A stretch of DNA of 43,479 nt from Halocafeteria seosinensis (taxonomy: Eukaryota). Positions 37,487 to 43,479 of the stretch are shown here, piece after piece; positions within the stretch are counted from its first letter, which is position 1, and each line of letters opens with the position of its first letter. The notes beneath the pieces were generated by a model, which did not search any database, was not told the DNA's origin, and saw nothing but the letters and a program-made list of their open reading frames with translations. The stretch spans positions 1 through 43,479 of the forward strand of contig LVLI01000512.1 in NCBI GenBank assembly GCA_001687465.1. The letters are read 5' to 3'. The position numbers and the translations under genes were made by a program.

Positions 37487-38488
37487 TTAACCTTGTTTCT
37501 CTGCTCTAAGAGATTTATCCTTGATTTCATTGTCACCTATATCAATCCCCGTCAATGTCGTATTGACCCGCAAGGCATCCGCCAAATGTTGCGCTCCTGT
37601 ATCACCGATCTGATTTAGTTCTAAATCAATCCTCGTCAATGTCGTACTGACCCGCAAGGCATCCGCCAAATGTTGCGCTCCTGTATCACCGATCTGATTC
37701 CCTGCTAAATTAATCCCCGTCAATGTCGTATTGACCCGCAAGGCATCCGCCAAATGTTGTGCTCCTGTATCACCGATTTGAGTCGCTCCTAAATGAATCC
37801 ACGTCAATGTCGTATTGACCCGCAAGGCATCCGCCAAATGTTGCGCTCCTGTATCACCGATCTGATTCCCTGCTAAATTAATCACAGTCAATGTCGTATT
37901 GACCCGCAAGGCATCCGCCAAATGTTGAGCTCCTGTAGCACCAATTTGATTCCCTCCTAAATTAATCCACGTCAATGTCGTATTGACCCGCAGGGCATCC
38001 GCCAAATGTTGAGCTCCGATTTGATTCCCTGCTAAACCAATCCCGGTCAATGTCGTGTTGACCCGCAAGGCATCCGCCAAATGTTGAGCTCCTGTAGCAC
38101 CGATTTGATTCACTCCTAAATGAATCGTAGTCAATGTCGTATTGAACCGCAAGGCATCCGCCAAATGTTGAGCTCCTGTATCACCGATTTGATTTCCCCA
38201 TAAACGAATCTCAGTCAATGTCGTATTGACCCGCAACGCATCCGCCAAATGTTGAGCTCCTTTAGCACCAATTTCATTCCAAGCTAAATTAATCTGAGTC
38301 AGTGACGTATTCTTTCCCTCCCGCAAGGCATCTGCGATTTCTTTTGCATCTCTGTCATCCAAGCTCTTGCACAAAAGATCCATTCCTGTATCCGTATACT
38401 CTGGATCATTTCGTCGAATCCGTTGAATACTCGTCTGCACTCTTTCTTCCTGCTTGGCGTCCCTCCTCTTGCTGTTGTTGGATCCCAT
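37487..38488 (-). CDS. Intronless RI/NLRC3-type leucine-rich-repeat protein, 10 modules, N-myristoylation-type start MGSNNS; C-cap frameshifted
   Basis: 333-aa ORF of 28-aa repeats NTTLTxIxLxxNQIG(D/A)TGAQHLADALRV (84-bp period; module 4 has a 9-bp deletion); 23-nt deletion relative to paralog near 37508 gives early stop RAEKQG*. Confidence 0.88.
   Translation of the reverse strand: MGSNNSKRRDAKQEERVQTSIQRIRRNDPEYTDTGMDLLCKSLDDRDAKEIADALREGKNTSLTQINLAWNEIGAKGAQHLADALRVNTTLTEIRLWGNQIGDTGAQHLADALRFNTTLTTIHLGVNQIGATGAQHLADALRVNTTLTGIGLAGNQIGAQHLADALRVNTTLTWINLGGNQIGATGAQHLADALRVNTTLTVINLAGNQIGDTGAQHLADALRVNTTLTWIHLGATQIGDTGAQHLADALRVNTTLTGINLAGNQIGDTGAQHLADALRVSTTLTRIDLELNQIGDTGAQHLADALRVNTTLTGIDIGDNEIKDKSLRAEKQG
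37508..38330 (-). repeat. 84-bp coding tandem repeat (LRR modules), copy 1
   Basis: Near-invariant gtcaatgtcgtattgacccgcaaggcatccgccaaatgttg(c/a)gctcctgta repeated ~10 times with variable ~19-nt segment. Confidence 0.92.
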
Positions 38489-39404
38489 TCTTATTCTTCT
38501 TCTTATTTAGATAGGAAGGGTAGGGTAGGCAGCATACAATGCAGTACAATACACTATTATACTTCGTTGTGCAGTATAGTATAGTACAACCATTGTGCCA
38601 TACCCTGGTGGTAGTGTATGGATGGTGTGTGTTATGCTGCGTGGCTTTATTTACCTCAGATAAACAAGCAAGCAAGCAAGCAACAACCCCTATGTATGAT
38701 ACATACTATACATACAACAAGGCAGACTGTCGTCTGGTGAAGCAAATAAATGTCACACGATTCGTGTCATGTAGCCTCTGCATAATGTAGGTGGGTGCAC
38801 CGTGCGGGTGTGAAGTTCACTGTGAACCATTGCTGCTTCAACCTACACTGGTTAGCTAATAACCCATGTATGTCCGTTGAAGAAGAATCATCATCAATCC
38901 TGTTCAGCAGCAGCAGCAGCAGCAGCCATGGTCATGGTCATGGTCATCGTGTGTTGTGGGAGGCACATTGCGACACGGGGACGATAGGATCGGAATGTGG
39001 GGTTCCATCCATCCAATCCAATCGCCGCCACAGGGGCGCATCATTCTCATTGAAATTTCAGATTTTGTTTACTTGCTTGCTCTTTGTTATCTTCATGGCG
39101 TTAGTGCTCTTCCATTCATATCTTGCGATCTCAACTAAACTCATAAACTCAACAGCTCTTTCCCGTCCTTGTTTTGGGTGCTGCTGCTACTGTAGGCTGC
39201 AGTGGAATCATCCACGAACCCAAGCCGCACATTGCGATCAGAAAGCAGCACCAAAGTGTTGCTGCTGGAGCTTACTTCCGCAGACTGAGTTAGAAGAATG
39301 ATTTCTGCCTCCTCCAAGCAGTTGTCTCTAAAAGACAAAACCATGGCGGTCGACCACCTCGTAGTACTGGTTTCTGACTTGTACTCTGGATGCTGGCTTG
39401 GTGA

Positions 39405-40358
39405 TGTGAGAGGTATGTATTCTCTTCGGGGGATCTGACAGATGTTAGCGTAGACGAGAACTCCGAAAGGGCTGCTTTGATCGGTAGCCCCCTTCGTGAG
39501 TTGGTAGTATTCGATGAGGACGAGCTTGGTCGCTCGTTTGGACAGGAACTCCTATTTTCCATCGTGTCTGTTGATGTTTCGGAGGATTCGGGCTTCTTTA
39601 GCATTGGATCATGCTCAGGCCAACTAAGCGTTTCCCGGGATGGAGCGGGTCTTCTGGATTTCGAAAACCGCGCTCGCAGGTATGAGGCTGAGATACTTGC
39701 GGAGGACCGAGGTGAACACGCTAAGCAAGTCACTGGAGCTGTTACAATTCATGTGAAAGATGTAAACGAGGCTCCCTATTTCACAAAGGAACCTGCAAAA
39801 CATAAGTTTGCAATTTTTGAAAACTCCACGGTCGGAACTCCCTTAGTTTTCGGAAGCGGCTACGACACGCTTGTAGCAGCAGCTGATCCAGATGCTGTAG
39901 CGGACTCAAACTCACCGGACAAGGTCATGTATTCTATCGTATCCCAAGATTCTAATAAGTATCTACAGATCGATCAGTTCTCTGGCGCAATATCTGTTGC
40001 GCCGGACGCTCCCCGTATAGCGTATGAAAGTATACCGGACCATCAACTTTCCCTGACAATTAAAATTACTGACTCCAAGCTGAGTGATACGGGTGGTTTT
40101 GTTGTCGAAGTACTGAAGGCGAATTTGTTTCCCGAAACCGAATCCAAGTCGATGAAGTTAAAGTTTCGAGTAAAGGAGATGTCAGAGGAAGATACCATAG
40201 TCGGAACGATCGCAGCGACTGATGAAAATGTAGGCACGGTATTCTCTTGGGCTATTCGCGATTCAACCATCGAGTATGGCGATGGTTCCGTAACGGTGTC
40301 TGATCCTGGCTGGAGACCTGCCGAAATGGACTCCTCGATGATGCGTTCTGCAGTTTGA
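39405..40358 (+). pseudogene. Intronless cadherin-repeat gene fragment (~2.5 domains), truncated at both ends
   Basis: Open frame with cadherin motifs SVDENS, FDED, LDFE, DVNEAPYF, IFENS..GT, AADPD, YSI, ID..SGAI, YE, VKEMS..T.VGTI.ATDE; TGA immediately upstream, no signal peptide or TM, ends against the 3' flank of the LRR copy. Confidence 0.65.
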
Positions 40359-40459
40359 ACGGCCATATTGAAAGGAAAGTCAAGGCGGTCAGGTCACGCA
40401 TCGTGTTCACCTTGTTGCTGTGAGCTCAAACAAAGAGACCTAGTCTCATTCGATTGGCA

Positions 40460-40768
40460 CTAGTCTTTGACAGAACACGATGGTTGGTTGCTTCCTTGCT
40501 GGCGTCGTGGTCTTACCTTGTTTCTCTGCTCTACTAAATGCTTGATTCTTTCCTCCAGAGATTGATCTTTGATTTCATTGTCTCTTATATTAATCGTAGT
40601 CAATGTCGTATTTACCCGCAAGGCATCCGCTAAATGTTGCGCTCTTGTAGCACCGATTTGATTCCCTACTAAATAAATCGTAGTCAATGTCAAATTGACC
40701 CGCAAGACATCCGCCAAATGTTGCGCTCCTGTATCACCAATTTGATTCCTTCATAAACAAACCGTAGT
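40460..40768 (-). pseudogene. In-frame remainder of LRR unit b beyond premature stops
   Basis: After TAG the same frame reads TTVCL*RNQIGDTGAQHLADVLRVNLTLTTIYLVGNQIGATRAQHLADALRVNTTLTTINIRDNEIKDQSLEERIKHLVEQRNK...*; second stop TGA at 40751-40753. Confidence 0.8.
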
Positions 40769-41770
40769 CTATGTCGTATTGACCCGCAAGGCATCCGCCA
40801 AATGTTGCGCTCCTGTAGCACCGATTTGATTCCTATATAAATTAATCCTCGTCAATGTCGTATTGACCCGCAAGGCATCTGCTATGTCTTTTGCATTTTT
40901 GTCATCCAAGTTCTTGCCACAAAGACCCTCTCCTGCATTCGTATATTTCGGATCATTTCGTCGAATCCGTTGAATCCACGTCTGCACTATTTCTTCCTTC
41001 TTGGCGTCCCTCCTCTTGCTGCTGTTGTATGCCATTCCCTGCTCTACTAAATGCTCGATTCTGTCTTTAAGAGATTTATCCTTGATTTCATTGTCACCTA
41101 TATCAATCCACGTCAATGTCGTATTGACCCGCAAGGCATCTGCCAAATGTTGCGCTCCTGTATCACCGATCTGATTTAGTTCTAAATCAATTCTCGTCAA
41201 TGTCGTACTGACCCGCAAGGCATCCGCCAAATGTTGCGCTCCTGTATCACCGATTTCATTCTCATATAAATTAATCCCCGTCAATGTCGTATTGACCCGC
41301 AAGGCATCCGCCAAATGTTGTGCTCCTGTATCACCGATTTGAGTCGCTCCTAAATGAATCCACGTCAATGTCGTATTGACCCGCAAGGCATCCGCCAAAT
41401 GTTGCGCTCCTGTATCACCGATCTGATTCCCTGCTAAATTAATCACAGTCAATGTCGTATTGACCCGCAAGGCATCCGCCAAATGTTGCGCTCCTGTAGC
41501 ACCGGTTTGATTCTCTCTTAAATCAATCTCCGTCAATGTCGTATTGTCCCGCAAGGCATCTGCTATGTCTTTTGCATCTCGGTCATCCAATTTCTCCTTA
41601 AAAAGATCCCATTCTGTATTCGTATACTCTGGATCATTTCGTCGAATCCGTTGAATACTGGTCTGCACTCTTTCTTCCTCCTCCTCTTGCTGCTGTTGGA
41701 CACCATTCGGGTTGTCAAAATTTGCAATACCAGACTCTTCGCTTTCGCTATCCATCAACTCCTCTTCCAT
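40769..41770 (-). CDS. Intronless LRR protein formed by in-frame head-to-tail fusion of two LRR gene copies
   Basis: Unit a (6 modules + C-cap DRIEHLVEQG) runs directly into unit b start MAYNSSKRRDAKKEE..IQRIRRNDP; terminates at TAG 40769-40771 (TTG->TAG in NTTL). Confidence 0.8.
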   Translation of the reverse strand: MEEELMDSESEESGIANFDNPNGVQQQQEEEEERVQTSIQRIRRNDPEYTNTEWDLFKEKLDDRDAKDIADALRDNTTLTEIDLRENQTGATGAQHLADALRVNTTLTVINLAGNQIGDTGAQHLADALRVNTTLTWIHLGATQIGDTGAQHLADALRVNTTLTGINLYENEIGDTGAQHLADALRVSTTLTRIDLELNQIGDTGAQHLADALRVNTTLTWIDIGDNEIKDKSLKDRIEHLVEQGMAYNSSKRRDAKKEEIVQTWIQRIRRNDPKYTNAGEGLCGKNLDDKNAKDIADALRVNTTLTRINLYRNQIGATGAQHLADALRVNTT

Positions 41771-42329
41771 TGCTTTCGCTGTTTCTAGCTTTTTATCCCT
41801 TTCTCATCCCAATTGAGTAGACATATGGACAGTTAAGAGGTGCGAATAGGCAATGATGAGGGCAAACAACGCCGACTTACAAAGTAGCAACCTGCTGTTG
41901 AATTCGAGCAAGCAGTCTATCCAGGTCTGCTGTGGCGTTGCTCATCGTGCCTGGGCGTGTCTTTACGCACAACCAATGTAGCACTCTCCCTTAAGTACAT
42001 TATAGTTTTTCATATCGTTTACCACAGTCACTGTCACTTCTCCTGCCAGACGACTGCCAAGTCAAGACTTCCTACCAAAAGTGACGGCATCCAGAGGGGA
42101 CAATGCTTTCGTTCACTTGGAGAAATGGAGTTGAATTCTATTCATTCAATGCAATGAATGAGGTCGATTAGTATCTGGCATTGATCGTGCGTGGGTTATA
42201 GAGAAGCACGTTCTTCTGTTTCGCTCTCTTTGGTAGATTCTGTGTGTTGTATAGTGTATACTGTACAACAGGTTGAGGTTGATACAGTAGATAAAGTTTA
42301 TTACCACCGTTCACCGTTTGTAGGAGACG

Positions 42330-43479
42330 ATGCCGAAGAAGGGAGCTTCTAATACTAATACGGCCACTACAAGACGCCCCAATACCAGGCAAGCGGCTAA
42401 TGAGAGCCGCCCGACCCAGAAAAGAGCCCGTTCACGGGAATCGGGAGGGACTCAAAAAAGGTCGAAGAAGGCATCTTACAAGAAGCATGCGTCTACAGGC
42501 AAAGGAGGCACAAATGGCAGCGTGCCACAATCGGGACTGCAAGATAAGGCTAGTGGACAACAGGCGTCTGCCGCGACGAGCTCTTCCTCCGGGAAGAAGT
42601 CAAGGCAAAAGAAAACCGGTAGTTCCTCGGCTTCCAGCGCGAAGGAAAAAAGNCCCGCCGCTAGTAAAAGGGTAGTGCAAGCCAATGACGCCGGTAAACC
42701 AAAACTGCTAATACCTTCTTCGGCTACCCGAGAGGAGGAGAAGACGTTAAAGGAAGAATATGAAGCTAAGCTGGCACAGTATGGTGGGAACCGTTCTAGC
42801 AGTGAACAATCGGGGACTGATACAAGCCACTCTTCAGAGGGGGCTGATGACACAATGCCTGGCAGTGCTAGCAAGGATGATGTGGGAAAGAGTAAGGAGA
42901 CAATGATACAGTAGTAGAGAGAGTACTGTAGCGCGTATTTATGCTTGCCAACACAGGCTTCTACGAGTGGACGAAGCGAATGCTACCTGTGTTCAAAGTC
43001 CCAGCGCCGGAACAACAAGAAACGCTGGAGTTTTTGAAAGAAGCTGGGTATGAATGGGGACACGATTCATTGGCTTCGGAAGAGAAAGCTAAACTTATTT
43101 TCAAGAAACACATAAGCGACGAGGATGACCAAGTCCGTCTTGCATCCGCCGCCTACAATGAAAATATGGCACATTCAGGTAGGTGAACTTCGGTAGTCTC
43201 TACTGTTGACTCTTGCTGCGGTCTATTATCAGTCTTTCACCATATTGTTGTGCTGTCTTGTTTTGTTTTATGTTTGCAGGTGCTTCGCGTGCTGATCCAG
43301 GTGAGTAGACGACGCCAATAGTGAAAAGAAGTGCTACTATAGCAGCGCGATTCCGCTACTTTTTTGTGTGTATGACTTCTTTCGTCCGAATTGCAGCTCT
43401 TGACCTCGCCAAGAGGCTCATTACCATGATCAGAGTCAGGGAAAATAGTCTGAGCGATGAAAAGAAGCCGCCATACTAT
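42330..43479 (+). CDS. 5' part of a spliced hypothetical protein with K/S-rich disordered N-terminus (runs off window)
   Basis: Phase-consistent exons 42330-42891, 42957-43178 (FYEWTKRMLPVF..LEFLKEAGYEW..), 21-nt micro-exon 43280-43300, 43397-end (LDLAKRLITMIRVRENS..), canonical GT-AG. Confidence 0.65.

Noticed and set aside
37508..38330. CRISPR-like appearance (constant ~65 nt plus variable ~19 nt)
   Set aside because: Period is 84 nt = 28 codons inside an open LRR frame; eukaryotic context, no cas genes.
38795..39344. ORFs containing (CAG)n and (CATGGT)n microsatellites
   Set aside because: Low-complexity sequence without recognisable protein motifs or splice support.
40751..40771. Alternative genetic code reading through TAG/TGA in LRR unit b
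   Set aside because: Both stops are confined to one module that carries other scaffold substitutions; TAG, TAA and TGA act as ordinary stops elsewhere.
1..43479. Transposase, reverse transcriptase, tRNA or rRNA genes
   Set aside because: No DDE/YxDD-type context, terminal repeats or RNA-gene signatures recognised by eye.

Overview
Eukaryotic, protist-like genomic DNA (+/- 47% GC by eye) with many short (~55-95 nt) GT-AG introns (donors mostly GTAAG/GTACG/GTAGG/GTATG); the supplied ORF track therefore fragments most genes. (1) 1-16732: 3' part of one very large, apparently intact + strand gene made of 28 tandem copies of a three-exon module (22-28 nt micro-exon, ~125-145 nt exon, ~195-200 nt exon) encoding a ~123-aa six-cysteine domain I do not recognise, ending in an acidic/Gly stalk, one TM helix and an NPxY tail. 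(2) ~17473-20098: ankyrin-repeat gene with one repeat per phase-0 exon. (3) 21092-23692: intronless type II membrane protein fusing a catalytically degenerate UDP-sugar epimerase-like domain to a DxD glycosyltransferase-like domain. (4) ~27300-30265: multi-exon low-complexity protein with a C4 zinc-finger-like motif. (5) 32533-35398: type I membrane protein whose N-terminus resembles Dictyostelium Sib proteins, plus an IPT/TIG-like domain and mucin stalk. (6) Five copies (three recent, two decayed) of an intronless 28-aa RI/NLRC3-type LRR gene whose modules are nearly invariant at the DNA level except at the four ligand-facing codons, with evidence of short-tract conversion, head-to-tail fusion and pseudogenisation; an orphan cadherin-repeat fragment sits between the recent copies. 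(7) 42330-end: start of another spliced gene. Best candidates for an undescribed system: the phase-locked 28x six-Cys surface receptor and the hypervariable LRR cassette family. No rRNA, tRNA, CRISPR or transposase was found; the taxon cannot be determined from this window.
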